A DNA stretch of 53,275 nt, from NCBI GenBank assembly GCA_934098375.1, contig CAKOOC010000004.1, positions 1 to 53,275 on the forward strand, read 5' to 3'. This DNA comes from an uncultured Bacilli bacterium (GTDB taxonomy: Bacteria; Bacillota_I; Bacilli_A; RF39; UBA660). Positions within the stretch are counted from its first letter, which is position 1, and the number at the start of each line of letters is the position of its first letter. The notes under the pieces were generated by a model that made no database searches, had not been told where the DNA came from, and worked only from the letters and a program-made list of their open reading frames with translations. Shown piece by piece: positions 1 to 9,124 of this stretch. The position numbers and the translations under genes were made by a program.

Positions 1-1287
1 AGTATAGATGTTTATTATAATTTATATATAAGTGATATAAAAAACGAATTAATGAGTGAAAGCATATCATATAAAATTGAAAGTACAGATGGTGGATACA
101 ATTTAGAAAAAGTGTTATTACCAAGTACTGGTGGAATAATAAAAACAGGAATATATATTAAAGGAAATACAAGTCATACCTATACAATAACTACATATTA
201 TAACAATTTAGACATTGATCAAAGTAGTGAAAAAGGAAAGACGTTTTCTTTTAAAATATATATTAAACCGGTGGCAACTAAAACATGGGATTTTGCTTTT
301 ACTGGTTCAAAGCAAAGATTTATAGCGCCAGATACTGGCAATTATATTATAAAACTATGGGGAGCGCAAGGTGGTAACAAACCGGCAAATTCAGGCGGAT
401 ATGGTGGCTATACAGAGGGCATTATTAGCCTTGAAAAAAATGAAACATTATACATATATGTTGGTGAAGCAGGGAAGTTAGGAACTTATGGTATTGATTC
501 ATCAACAACAGTGGGACAAGGAGCAAAAGCAACATTTAATGGTGGTGGTAAAGGCGGTAACGCCGGTGGAGGAGATTATCCTTACAGTTATTATTCTGGT
601 GGCGACAGTGGTGGAGGCGCTACTGATGTTAGATTAATTGGAACAGACAATTGGGACGATATCAATAGTTTAAAAAGTAGAATAATGGTTGCTGGCGGTG
701 GCGGCGGAATGTTCAAGAATATATCGGCAACAACTATTACTTCTCCAGATATTGGTGTTGCTGGCGGTTTAATTAGTGAAAAAGGACAAACTATAACTAA
801 TTATAATGGTCAGTCACTTTCATATCCTGGAGGATCCTTAGCCGATCAAACCTCTGGTAATGCTTTTGGAACCGGTGGAACTGGAAGTGATTCAGGAGCT
901 AAAGGTTATTGTAGTGGCCATGATGGCGGTGGCGGTGGTTACTATGGTGGTGGTGGTGCACCAAATTCAAGATATCATTGTTTTAAATTAGGTGGCGGCG
1001 GTGGTTCCTCATTTATAAGTGGGCATACCGGATGTGTCGCAATTACATCAGCTGAAAATATAATACCTAAAACCGGTTGTACAACTGGAACTACTGATAA
1101 CTCTTGTAGTATTCACTATAGCGGTAAAAAGTTTAATGAAACTACTATGATAGATGGTAGAGGCTATCAATGGACTAATAAAAAAAGCACTCAAGTTCAA
1201 ATGCCAAAACATGAAGGTGACTATTATGCTATAGGAACTGGCAATATTGGTAATGGTTATGCTAGAATTATTTTTATTTCTACTTAA
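1..1287 (+). CDS. Glycine-rich-domain protein, 5' end outside the window
   Basis: The frame of ORF 52..1287 stays open back to nt 1 (SIDVYYNLYISDIKNEL precedes the listed Met), so the gene starts upstream. Motifs: TWDFAFTGS, IKLWGAQGGN, GGYGGY, LYIYVGEAG, AGGGGG, GGGGGYYGGGG, C-terminal GNGYARIIF. Clear paralog of 51509..53275(-). From memory it resembles the Gly_rich / ALK-LTK glycine-rich domain family. Confidence 0.75.
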   Translation, partial: SIDVYYNLYISDIKNELMSESISYKIESTDGGYNLEKVLLPSTGGIIKTGIYIKGNTSHTYTITTYYNNLDIDQSSEKGKTFSFKIYIKPVATKTWDFAFTGSKQRFIAPDTGNYIIKLWGAQGGNKPANSGGYGGYTEGIISLEKNETLYIYVGEAGKLGTYGIDSSTTVGQGAKATFNGGGKGGNAGGGDYPYSYYSGGDSGGGATDVRLIGTDNWDDINSLKSRIMVAGGGGGMFKNISATTITSPDIGVAGGLISEKGQTITNYNGQSLSYPGGSLADQTSGNAFGTGGTGSDSGAKGYCSGHDGGGGGYYGGGGAPNSRYHCFKLGGGGGSSFISGHTGCVAITSAENIIPKTGCTTGTTDNSCSIHYSGKKFNETTMIDGRGYQWTNKKSTQVQMPKHEGDYYAIGTGNIGNGYARIIFIST

Positions 1288-1414
1288 TAAATTAAAATCT
1301 TTATTATAAATTAGCAGAGTTTATGGTTAGTGCCATAGACTTTTTACATATGCAATATTAACTTGACATGGGGCTATTTATATAATTAAATAGAAAATAT
1401 CGGGTGATTTTAAA

Positions 1415-1627
1415 ATGAAAAGAAAAGAAAAAATCATGACAATATTTTCTATAATAAGTGTAATTTTAAGTTTGTCAGGGATAACTTATGCATATTTAAG
1501 AACAAGAAATGAACAAGAAGATAAAAATATAATAACAACTTTAACATGTTTAAATAAACTAGCAAGTAATCAGCTTAAAGTAAAATTAAATAGTATCGAT
1601 GAAGAAATAAATGAAAAAAATTATTAA
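1415..1627 (+). CDS. Small hypothetical protein with N-terminal TM/signal segment (possibly a gene fragment)
   Basis: 70-aa ORF with basic N-terminus MKRKEK, then a hydrophobic stretch ending GITYAYL, which is reminiscent of SipW/TasA-type signal peptides (..TxAYF..). Weak SD (GGGTGA). No recognisable domain after it. Confidence 0.3.
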   Translation: MKRKEKIMTIFSIISVILSLSGITYAYLRTRNEQEDKNIITTLTCLNKLASNQLKVKLNSIDEEINEKNY

Positions 1628-1770
1628 GTAATTTTACTGAAAGAACGCAGATACGCTATTTTGGAAAGAATTTTGTCAAAAATATCAAATTGGTAAACCA
1701 GAAAGTAAAACTTTTAAATAGATATTTAATTATCAATCTTTTTTTGATATAATTTAAAAGGTGATTTTGT

Positions 1771-2163
1771 ATGGCAAACCGTAGTGAATTAAGAGAAAAA
1801 GCAATGACAATAATTTATCAAATTACATTATATAAAAATAATAATATGAAGTATGATGTTGAAGAGATAATCAAAGAAAATTTAGAAATAGATAACGAAT
1901 TTGTCAAAGATATTGTTTATGGAGTAGTTACATCTTATGACGAATTAACAGATGAAGCTAATAAATATTTAAAAAATTGGACTATTGATAGATTAGATTT
2001 AACTGGAGCATCTATCTTAAGAATGGCTTTATATGAAATAAAGTACACTAAAACTCCACCTATAGTTGTAATAAATGAGGCAGTTGAACTTGCCAAGAAA
2101 TATAGTGATGACTCAGTAAGAAAAATGATTAATGCAGCGCTAGATAAGGTTGTAAATAGTTAA
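1771..2163 (+). CDS. nusB: Transcription antitermination factor NusB
   Basis: 130 aa. N-terminal RSELREKAMTIIYQ and overall NusB-like helical pattern. SD AAAGGTGA upstream. Conserved nusB-xseA-xseB order. Confidence 0.85.
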   Translation: MANRSELREKAMTIIYQITLYKNNNMKYDVEEIIKENLEIDNEFVKDIVYGVVTSYDELTDEANKYLKNWTIDRLDLTGASILRMALYEIKYTKTPPIVVINEAVELAKKYSDDSVRKMINAALDKVVNS

Positions 2164-3428
2164 TGGAAAAAAAGTATATAACTGTTGGCACTTTAAATAG
2201 ATATTTAAAAAATAAATTTGATACTGATCCTAATATTCAAAGAGTATGCTTAAAAGGAGAAATATCCAATTTTAAAGGGCATACTAGAGGGCATTTGTAC
2301 TTTACATTAAAAGATGAAGAATCAAGAATAAATGCTGTAATGTTTTCCTTTAATGCTAGTAAACTAACCTTTGTTCCTGAAGATGGAATGAAAGTTCTTG
2401 TTGAGGGCAAGGTTAGCATTTATCCGCCTACTGGAGCATATCAAATATATGTTGAAGAAATGACTAACGACGGGTTAGGTAATTTATATTTAAAATATGA
2501 AGCCCTAAAAAAAGAATTAGAACAAAAAGGCTTATTTGCTTCATCTCATAAGAAACCAATTCCTAAATATCCTGAAAAAATTGGCATAGTTACAGCTCCA
2601 ACAGGTGCTGCTATTAAAGATATTTTAAGCACTATTAAAAGAAGATATCCTATTTGCGAAACAATTTTATTTCCTTGTCTAGTGCAAGGCGAGCTTGCTA
2701 AAGATGATATTGCAAAACAAATTAATGAAGCAAATAATTGGGATTTAGATGTTTTAATCGTTGGCCGTGGTGGTGGATCAATCGAGGATTTATGGGCCTT
2801 TAATGAAGTAGTAGTAGCCGAAGCAATATACAACTCTAGAATACCTATTATAAGTGCTGTAGGCCATGAAATCGACTTTACTATTGCTGATTTTGTTGCT
2901 GATTTAAGAGCCCCAACTCCAACAGGAGCTGCTGAGATGGCTGTTCCTAATATGTCTGATTTAAATACTTTGTTAGATCAGTATAAAATAAGATTTACAA
3001 ATAAAATAAGAAGCAAATTAGATAATTATAAAGATAAACTAAATATTATCAAAAATAGTTACGTTTTAACCAATCCTTTAGCGGTTTATGAACTAAAAGA
3101 GCAAAAACTAACTAATTTAATTGATAATATGAATAGTATTATTGAAAAAAAATTAGAACAAAACGCATCTAGATTAAATATGCTAAAAAATAATTATTTA
3201 TTAAATCATCCGGAAGAATTATTAAAAACATCTAAGCATAAACTAAGTTTAATTATTAATAAATTAGAGTTATTAAATCCTTTAAGTATCTTATCTAAAG
3301 GTTATAGTATCGTTAAAAAAGATAATTTAATTATTAAAGATGCGGTTAATCTTAATGAAAATGATAAAATTAATATAAAATTATATAATGGCGAAATTGA
3401 TGCTGTTGTTAAGAAAGTTGGTAAATAA
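2163..3428 (+). CDS. xseA: Exodeoxyribonuclease VII large subunit
   Basis: 421 aa. OB-fold N-terminus (ISNFKGHTRGHLYFTLKD), GRGGGSIEDLWAFN and ISAVGHEIDFTIADFVAD motifs. TAATG overlap with nusB. Confidence 0.9.
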   Translation: MEKKYITVGTLNRYLKNKFDTDPNIQRVCLKGEISNFKGHTRGHLYFTLKDEESRINAVMFSFNASKLTFVPEDGMKVLVEGKVSIYPPTGAYQIYVEEMTNDGLGNLYLKYEALKKELEQKGLFASSHKKPIPKYPEKIGIVTAPTGAAIKDILSTIKRRYPICETILFPCLVQGELAKDDIAKQINEANNWDLDVLIVGRGGGSIEDLWAFNEVVVAEAIYNSRIPIISAVGHEIDFTIADFVADLRAPTPTGAAEMAVPNMSDLNTLLDQYKIRFTNKIRSKLDNYKDKLNIIKNSYVLTNPLAVYELKEQKLTNLIDNMNSIIEKKLEQNASRLNMLKNNYLLNHPEELLKTSKHKLSLIINKLELLNPLSILSKGYSIVKKDNLIIKDAVNLNENDKINIKLYNGEIDAVVKKVGK

Positions 3429-3655
3429 TGGAAAATAAAAAATTTGAAGAATTAATGAATGATTTAGAAGCAATTATAAAAAAACTTGAAAATGGTGAAG
3501 ATTTAGAAAAATCGATTGAATTATACACTGAGGCCATGAAAATCGTTAAAATTTGTGACGAAAAATTAAATAGTGCTAGTAGTGCTGTTAATAAGATTTT
3601 AACTGAAAATGGCTCTCTAGAAGACTTTAAAATAGAAGAAAATGATAACCAATAA
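3428..3655 (+). CDS. xseB: Exodeoxyribonuclease VII small subunit
   Basis: 75 aa. FEELMNDLEAIIKKLENGE..LE.SIELY pattern typical of XseB. TAATG overlap with xseA. Confidence 0.85.
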   Translation: MENKKFEELMNDLEAIIKKLENGEDLEKSIELYTEAMKIVKICDEKLNSASSAVNKILTENGSLEDFKIEENDNQ

Positions 3656-3708
3656 CTGGTTATTTTTTATTTACTACATAGGCCATAATATAAATAGGTG
3701 AATAAATT

Positions 3709-4668
3709 ATGAAAAAAATGTTAATAATAATAATTATGCTTCTTTTTCCTTTTAATGTTAATGCTTATTCAAGTAAGATTATTCCTGGTGGTAGCACTAT
3801 CGGTATTGAACTTGATAGTAAAGGCATTATGATTATCGGTTTTTACAAAATTGATAATAAATTTAACCGTAATGACTTAAAAGTAGGGGATGTTATCATC
3901 AAAGTTGCAGATAAAGAAGTTAATACAATTGATGAATTAATTGATTCTATTGAAAAATATGCTCAAAATCAAACAATAAATTTAACACTTAAACGTAATG
4001 AAAAAGTTTTTACAAAAGATTTCAAATTAGTAAATATTAATAGCAAATTAAAAACAGGATTATATGTTAAAGACAATATCACTGGAATTGGAACTTTAAG
4101 TTACATTGATCCGGAAACAAAAATCTTTGGCGCTTTAGGTCACGAAATTATTGAAAGTAGTAGTGGTAACATCATAGAAGTTAAAACCGGTTCTATCTTT
4201 AGATCAAGTGTTATTAGTATTGACCCATCATCAAGGGGAGTAGCTGGCACAAAGAATGCTAAATTTTATTCTAATACTAAATATGGAACTATTTCAAAAA
4301 ATACTAACAAAGGAATATATGGAACCTACACCAATGTAATAAATATGGATAACATCATAGAAGTTGGTAAATTTGAAGATATTACTTTAGGAGCCGCCAC
4401 TATTAGAACAGTTACTAATAAAGAAGATATTAGTGAATATGATATTGAAATTGATAAAATAAATAACAACGAAACTAAAAATATTCATTTTAAAATAAAA
4501 AGTGAAGAATTAATTCAAAAAACGGGTGGGATTGTTCAAGGTATGAGTGGTAGTCCCATCATTCAAAATGGCAAAATAATTGGTGCCGTTACTCATGTTA
4601 TAGTTGATAATCCTACAACTGGCTATGGTATTTTAATAACTAAAATGCTAGAAGAAGGCGAAAGATAG
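3709..4668 (+). CDS. spoIVB: SpoIVB-like S55 serine peptidase with PDZ domain
   Basis: Signal peptide, PDZ-like segment (LKVGDVIIKVADKEV), GALGHEI (His) and GMSGSPI (Ser) catalytic motifs of peptidase S55. Shorter than B. subtilis SpoIVB. Confidence 0.7.
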   Translation: MKKMLIIIIMLLFPFNVNAYSSKIIPGGSTIGIELDSKGIMIIGFYKIDNKFNRNDLKVGDVIIKVADKEVNTIDELIDSIEKYAQNQTINLTLKRNEKVFTKDFKLVNINSKLKTGLYVKDNITGIGTLSYIDPETKIFGALGHEIIESSSGNIIEVKTGSIFRSSVISIDPSSRGVAGTKNAKFYSNTKYGTISKNTNKGIYGTYTNVINMDNIIEVGKFEDITLGAATIRTVTNKEDISEYDIEIDKINNNETKNIHFKIKSEELIQKTGGIVQGMSGSPIIQNGKIIGAVTHVIVDNPTTGYGILITKMLEEGER

Positions 4669-4711
4669 CCTTTTTTCTTTTTCGGTGTTATAATATGAAC
4701 GGTGAAGTAGT

Positions 4712-5593
4712 ATGTTAGACCGTTATATTGATAGAAATAGTAAAGAAATTTTTGAAGTAAAAGAAAATAAATTTAATAAATTTTTATATGATACAACGTT
4801 CGGAAGATACTTATTAAAAATAATAATAAATCCTAAAGTCAGTAAATTTATTGGTAAATATTTTGATAGTAAAGTATCTGTTTTTCGGGTTCCTAAATTT
4901 ATTAAAAAAAATAATATTGACATGAATGACTATATTTTAGAAGATTTTCAATCATTTAATGAATTCTTTATTAGAAAAATAAATCCTAAAAAACGTTGCA
5001 TTATTAAACTACCAAACGTTTTTATTAGTCCCTGCGATGGCAAATTAAGCGTTTTTAAAGTAAACCCTGATCTAGTTATAAAAATCAAAAATTCTAAGTA
5101 CAAATTATCTGATTTAGTTGATGAAAATGTTTGTCAGAAATATAAATACGGCTATGTTTTAGTATTTAGATTGTGTGTAGACGATTATCACCGGTATATC
5201 TACGTAGATGATGGTACAGCCGAAAAAACCAGAGTAATTCCTGGTGTGCTTCATACTGTAAGACCTATTGCGCAGCATAACTACCCAGTATTTGCTTTAA
5301 ATCATCGTGAGTGCACGCTTTTACATACCAAACATTTTAACGACATTTATCAAATTGAAGTAGGGGCTTTATGTGTAGGCAAAATAGTTAATCATAATAT
5401 TACTGAGTTTAAAAAAGGTGATGAGAAAGGTTATTTTAAATTTGGTGGTTCTACTATTGTCTTAATAACTAATTCGGTTACTATTGATCGTGATATTGTT
5501 CTAAATTCTAAAAAAGGGTTGGAAACCACAGTTAAAATGGGTGATAAAATAGGAAGAAAAAAATCAGTGGTTATTCGCAGAGTATACAAATAA
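4712..5593 (+). CDS. psd: Phosphatidylserine decarboxylase proenzyme
   Basis: 293 aa with C-terminal FKFGGSTIV self-cleavage (G-S-T) motif and PCDG/HRY motifs of the PSD family. Confidence 0.8.
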   Translation: MLDRYIDRNSKEIFEVKENKFNKFLYDTTFGRYLLKIIINPKVSKFIGKYFDSKVSVFRVPKFIKKNNIDMNDYILEDFQSFNEFFIRKINPKKRCIIKLPNVFISPCDGKLSVFKVNPDLVIKIKNSKYKLSDLVDENVCQKYKYGYVLVFRLCVDDYHRYIYVDDGTAEKTRVIPGVLHTVRPIAQHNYPVFALNHRECTLLHTKHFNDIYQIEVGALCVGKIVNHNITEFKKGDEKGYFKFGGSTIVLITNSVTIDRDIVLNSKKGLETTVKMGDKIGRKKSVVIRRVYK

Positions 5594-6259
5594 CTAGCAC
5601 TGATTTCTCATCTTTCTTTTTATTTCATCAAAATATTTTAAGTTTACCACAAAATAATAATTAATAGTCGCTAAGACAAAAGAGCCAATCACATCATATA
5701 TAACATGTTGCTTTACTAAAAGGGTAGATATAATAATCAAAATATTAATAATTATTGCGGGATATTTAAATTTTTTAGGAAGTCTGTTATTATCAAGTAA
5801 GTTATAAAGTAAAATAAAACATAATAAGCAGTGTCCTGAAGGAAAGCAGCATGTTGGCGTATCTGTTTTATATACCATATAAATTACAAAAGAAGTTATA
5901 TCATGAAAGGAATTAACTTCTGGTCTTACCACTTCAGAAGGAAATACTATAAAGAAAATATATAATACTAGTAAAGATAAAATAGTAGTCAGTATTAATT
6001 TAATATATTTTTCTTTATTATATTTAAAAATTACATAAAAACTATATATCAAAAAAGGGTACCATATCATATAAATATAAATAAATCCTGGTACAAAAGG
6101 AATTTTTTCATCTAATGGTGTACTTATAATATTGTAGTCTTTAATAATAAGCTTAATCCCAAAATATATTAAAGCATTTATCAAAAATATTGCCGATACA
6201 CTCTTTAAATAAAAAGAGTTATTTTTAAAAAACTTCTTCATATACATCACAATCCACAT
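5594..6259 (-). CDS. PAP2-superfamily membrane phosphatase-like protein
   Basis: Multi-TM 221-aa ORF with PAP2-type motifs RPE.., PSGH and QHVIYD (HxxxD). Its stop abuts the psd stop. The true start may be a downstream Met (MKKFF, 6241). Confidence 0.55.
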   Translation of the reverse strand: MWIVMYMKKFFKNNSFYLKSVSAIFLINALIYFGIKLIIKDYNIISTPLDEKIPFVPGFIYIYMIWYPFLIYSFYVIFKYNKEKYIKLILTTILSLLVLYIFFIVFPSEVVRPEVNSFHDITSFVIYMVYKTDTPTCCFPSGHCLLCFILLYNLLDNNRLPKKFKYPAIIINILIIISTLLVKQHVIYDVIGSFVLATINYYFVVNLKYFDEIKRKMRNQC

Positions 6260-6324
6260 TATATCAAATAATATATAAAAAGTATTGCTATTTTCCTTAC
6301 TTTTTGATAAAATTAACTAGTCAT

Positions 6325-6401
6325 GGCGGAATTGGTGAAGTGGTTAACACGCCGGATTGTGGCTCCGGTATGCGTGGGTTCGATCCCCACATTTCGCCCC
6401 A
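6325..6401 (+). tRNA. tRNA-His (anticodon GTG)
   Basis: Hand-folded cloverleaf: acceptor GCGGAAT/ATTTCGC, anticodon stem CCGGA/TCCGG, loop TTGTGGC (GTG), T arm GTGGG-TTCGATC-CCCAC. It has the His-specific extra G(-1) opposite discriminator C, and an encoded CCA. Confidence 0.93.
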
Positions 6402-6413
6402 CTTAAAAAATAT

Positions 6414-6435
6414 GCTCGTATTTACGAGCTTTTTT
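6414..6435 (+). terminator. Rho-independent terminator after tRNA-His
   Basis: GCTCGT-ATTT-ACGAGC hairpin followed by TTTTTT. Confidence 0.75.
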
Positions 6436-6461
6436 AATGTCTTAATACCAAGTTAATTAAT

Positions 6462-6492
6462 TTGCCAAAAAAGTTTAAGTTAATGCTATAAT
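6462..6492 (+). promoter_or_regulatory. Putative sigma-A promoter of pnuC
   Basis: TTGCCA ... TGcTATAAT (extended -10). The spacer is about 19 nt, slightly long. Confidence 0.35.
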
Positions 6493-6538
6493 TATATTAA
6501 CAAAATTATAAATACACTCGTTTAGAAAGTAGGAATTT

Positions 6539-7180
6539 ATGAAAAATAAAATTTACTCGTTAATAATTATAATATTTTCCATTATATGTGGAATTATAAC
6601 CAAAGATTATTTTTTAGGTACTATAACATTAGCCTGTGGTTTACTAAATGTTTATTATGCAAGTATTGGTAAAACATGCAATTACATCTATGGCGGACTA
6701 TATAGCTTATTAAGTGGTTATGTTTGCTATTTAAATGGTCTATATGGAATCGCTATTCTTTCACTTATAGTATACTTTCCATCTCAAATAGAAGGGTATA
6801 TAAGTTGGAAGAAAAAAACCCATAATGATGAAGTCCCTATTAGAGGATTTGATACGAAAAATTCCATTATAATAATATTAACATGTATAGTTGGCAGTAT
6901 CATATTAGGTTTTTTATTAAGCAAAATTCCTGGTCAGCAATTAGCCTTTTTAGATGCAAGTAGTAATATAATAAATTTATGTGCTGTTATACTTATGAAT
7001 TTAAGATTTAAAGAATGCTGGATCGTGTGGTTATTTAATAATATAGCAGACTTATCTATTTGGATTACAAATTTTATTAAAGGTTCACCTAACTCTACCA
7101 TGATGTTAATAGTTTCAATTGGCTATTTAATTATAAATATATATGGCACCTTTAAATGGATAAAACTAGCGAAAAAATAA
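6539..7180 (+). CDS. pnuC: Nicotinamide riboside transporter PnuC family
   Basis: 213-aa polytopic protein with WIVWLFNNIADLSIW (PnuC W..W...N signature) and typical length. Confidence 0.7.
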   Translation: MKNKIYSLIIIIFSIICGIITKDYFLGTITLACGLLNVYYASIGKTCNYIYGGLYSLLSGYVCYLNGLYGIAILSLIVYFPSQIEGYISWKKKTHNDEVPIRGFDTKNSIIIILTCIVGSIILGFLLSKIPGQQLAFLDASSNIINLCAVILMNLRFKECWIVWLFNNIADLSIWITNFIKGSPNSTMMLIVSIGYLIINIYGTFKWIKLAKK

Positions 7181-7217
7181 ATCAGTTATTTAATAATCAA
7201 AAACATTTAAACAAAAA

Positions 7218-7245
7218 AGTCTCTATTTTAAAGTAGAGGCTTTTT
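7218..7245. terminator. Bidirectional terminator between pnuC and hlyIII
   Basis: AGTCTCTA-loop-TAGAGGCT hairpin flanked by an A-run and a T-run, between convergent genes. Confidence 0.7.
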
Positions 7246-7246
7246 A

Positions 7247-7918
7247 TCATACAACATATAGTAAAATACATAAAAAGTGAAGTAAACTACCTATATCTAC
7301 AAAGACATGAAAGACAAAATGGAAATATCTTTTTTTAGCGCCTATCATATAAAGCACTGCCCCAATGGTATAACTAACCCCGCCGGCTACTAGTAAAATG
7401 GTACCACCTAAATCCAGCATTTTTAACATATTTGGGCCCGTTACAACAATGCACCAGCCCATTAAAAGGTAGCAAGTCATGGAAAATACTTTATATTTTT
7501 TTAAATCAATCGCATTTAATGTAATTCCTAAAACGGCTAGTCCCCATACAATACCAAATAACCACCAAGCAAGTAGGGGATTTATTTGTCTAAGTGAGCA
7601 AAGTAGAACCGGTGTATAAGTTCCCGCTATAAGAACAAAAATGGTGCAGTGATCAATAACTTGAAACACTTTCTTGGCTTTTTCTGGTCTTAGTCCATGA
7701 TAAATACTAGACATCGTAAATAATAAAATCATAGAAATTCCAAATACAATAGAGCCTGCAATCGCATAACCATCATGGTGCTTAACTGAGAAAATTAAAC
7801 ATAATACTAAACTTGTTACCCCAATCGCACCGCCAACAATATGGCTTACCATATTCATGATTTCTTCGCCCTTAGTATAATTAGGTAACGATCTATCTTT
7901 AAGTTTTGTTCTTTTCAA
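7247..7918 (-). CDS. Hemolysin III / PAQR family membrane protein
   Basis: 223 aa, 7 TM. Motifs SHIVGG, SSIYHG, DHCTIF and HFVFHVFV are typical of the YplQ/HlyIII family. Confidence 0.8.
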   Translation of the reverse strand: MKRTKLKDRSLPNYTKGEEIMNMVSHIVGGAIGVTSLVLCLIFSVKHHDGYAIAGSIVFGISMILLFTMSSIYHGLRPEKAKKVFQVIDHCTIFVLIAGTYTPVLLCSLRQINPLLAWWLFGIVWGLAVLGITLNAIDLKKYKVFSMTCYLLMGWCIVVTGPNMLKMLDLGGTILLVAGGVSYTIGAVLYMIGAKKRYFHFVFHVFVDIGSLLHFLCILLYVV

Positions 7919-8034
7919 AATACCACTCCTTAATAATTATATTTTATATACTAAAATATTTTACAATATTAAAAGTTGCTAGTCAATTTAGTAAATTTTT
8001 GTTAAAATTGTATTTGTAAAAAGAAGGTGTATTT

Positions 8035-8667
8035 ATGAATCAAATTCTTGATTTAACTAAAGAAAAAAATTATGGTCTATTAAGTCTTCCAGCCAAGATT
8101 CTAAAAGAAGGTAACGTTGTTGTTTACCCAACTGATACAGTTTATGGGATTGGAACCATTGTTGAAGAAAATGCTCTAAGAAAATTATTTGCTGCTAAAA
8201 AAAGAGACTTAAATAAGCCTATTAACGTTTTAGTTTCTGATATTAAAATGATATATGAAGTAGCCGAAGATATCAGCGCTTTAGAACTTAAAATTATTAA
8301 AAACTTTTTCCCAGGACCACTCACAATTATCTTAAAAAAGAAAAAAGGTATTCCGGATATTCTTACTGCTGGCTTAGATACCGTTGGAGTTAGAATGCCT
8401 GATAATGAAATTGCCCTAAAATTAATTAGTTTAGTTAATCATCCACTTGCCACTACCAGCGCTAATATTTCCGGAAAACCAAGTGATACCAACATTGCTG
8501 CTGCAAAGAAAGACTTAGAAGCAAGTAATGTAGCCATGTTTATTGATGGTGGCGAAAGCAAAATTGGCATTCCCTCAACCATTGTTAAAGTTCAAAATGA
8601 TGAAATAATAATTCTAAGAGAAGGAAGTATCTCTAAAGAAGATATTTTAAGAAAAATTATTGAATAA
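8035..8667 (+). CDS. tsaC: L-threonylcarbamoyladenylate synthase (YrdC/TsaC type)
   Basis: VVYPTDTVYGIG, VRMPDN, TSANISGKP motifs. 210 aa, YrdC domain only. Confidence 0.85.
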   Translation: MNQILDLTKEKNYGLLSLPAKILKEGNVVVYPTDTVYGIGTIVEENALRKLFAAKKRDLNKPINVLVSDIKMIYEVAEDISALELKIIKNFFPGPLTIILKKKKGIPDILTAGLDTVGVRMPDNEIALKLISLVNHPLATTSANISGKPSDTNIAAAKKDLEASNVAMFIDGGESKIGIPSTIVKVQNDEIIILREGSISKEDILRKIIE

Positions 8668-9025
8668 TATCGATTTAATTTTAGAAAAACTCTCTAAATC
8701 AAAGTTTCGCAGTAGTTTTCATTTAAAACCTAAAGATTATTCATACATAAACGATAAGGGCTTAGATATTATAAAAAAACACGCCTATGATTTTATCAAT
8801 CAAAGACTTAAAGATGCATCTAAAGTAAATGATGGTAAACAAACACCTATGAAAGGTCATCCCGTTTTTATTGCTCAGCATGCCTGTGCTTTATGCTGCC
8901 GTGGCTGCCTAGAAAAGTGGTACCATATTCCCAAAGAAAAAATATTAAATGACGAAGAAATAAATTTTATTGTAAATGTAATTATGGCTTGGATTGCTAA
9001 AGAAATGAATAACCAATCTAAATAG
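8660..9025 (+). CDS. DUF4186-like protein
   Basis: TTG start overlapping the tsaC end by 8 nt. HPVFIAQHACALCCRGCLEKWYHIP matches my memory of the DUF4186 signature. Confidence 0.5.
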   Translation: MNNIDLILEKLSKSKFRSSFHLKPKDYSYINDKGLDIIKKHAYDFINQRLKDASKVNDGKQTPMKGHPVFIAQHACALCCRGCLEKWYHIPKEKILNDEEINFIVNVIMAWIAKEMNNQSK

Positions 9026-9124
9026 TATCTTATTTTAATAAAGAATTTAATTACTTGAATAAGAAATAAATTAATTGAATATAAAATTAATATGTAGTAT
9101 TATTATGTTATAGGAGGATATTTT

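Noticed and set aside
2237-2833. ORFs 2237..2419(-) and 2546..2833(-)
   Set aside because: They are antisense inside the well-supported xseA gene. They have no SD and a low-complexity, Ser/Leu-rich translation typical of the reverse frame of AT-rich genes.
4723-4923. ORF 4723..4923(-)
   Set aside because: Antisense within psd. No start context and no motif.
8142-8324. ORF 8142..8324(-)
   Set aside because: Antisense within tsaC.
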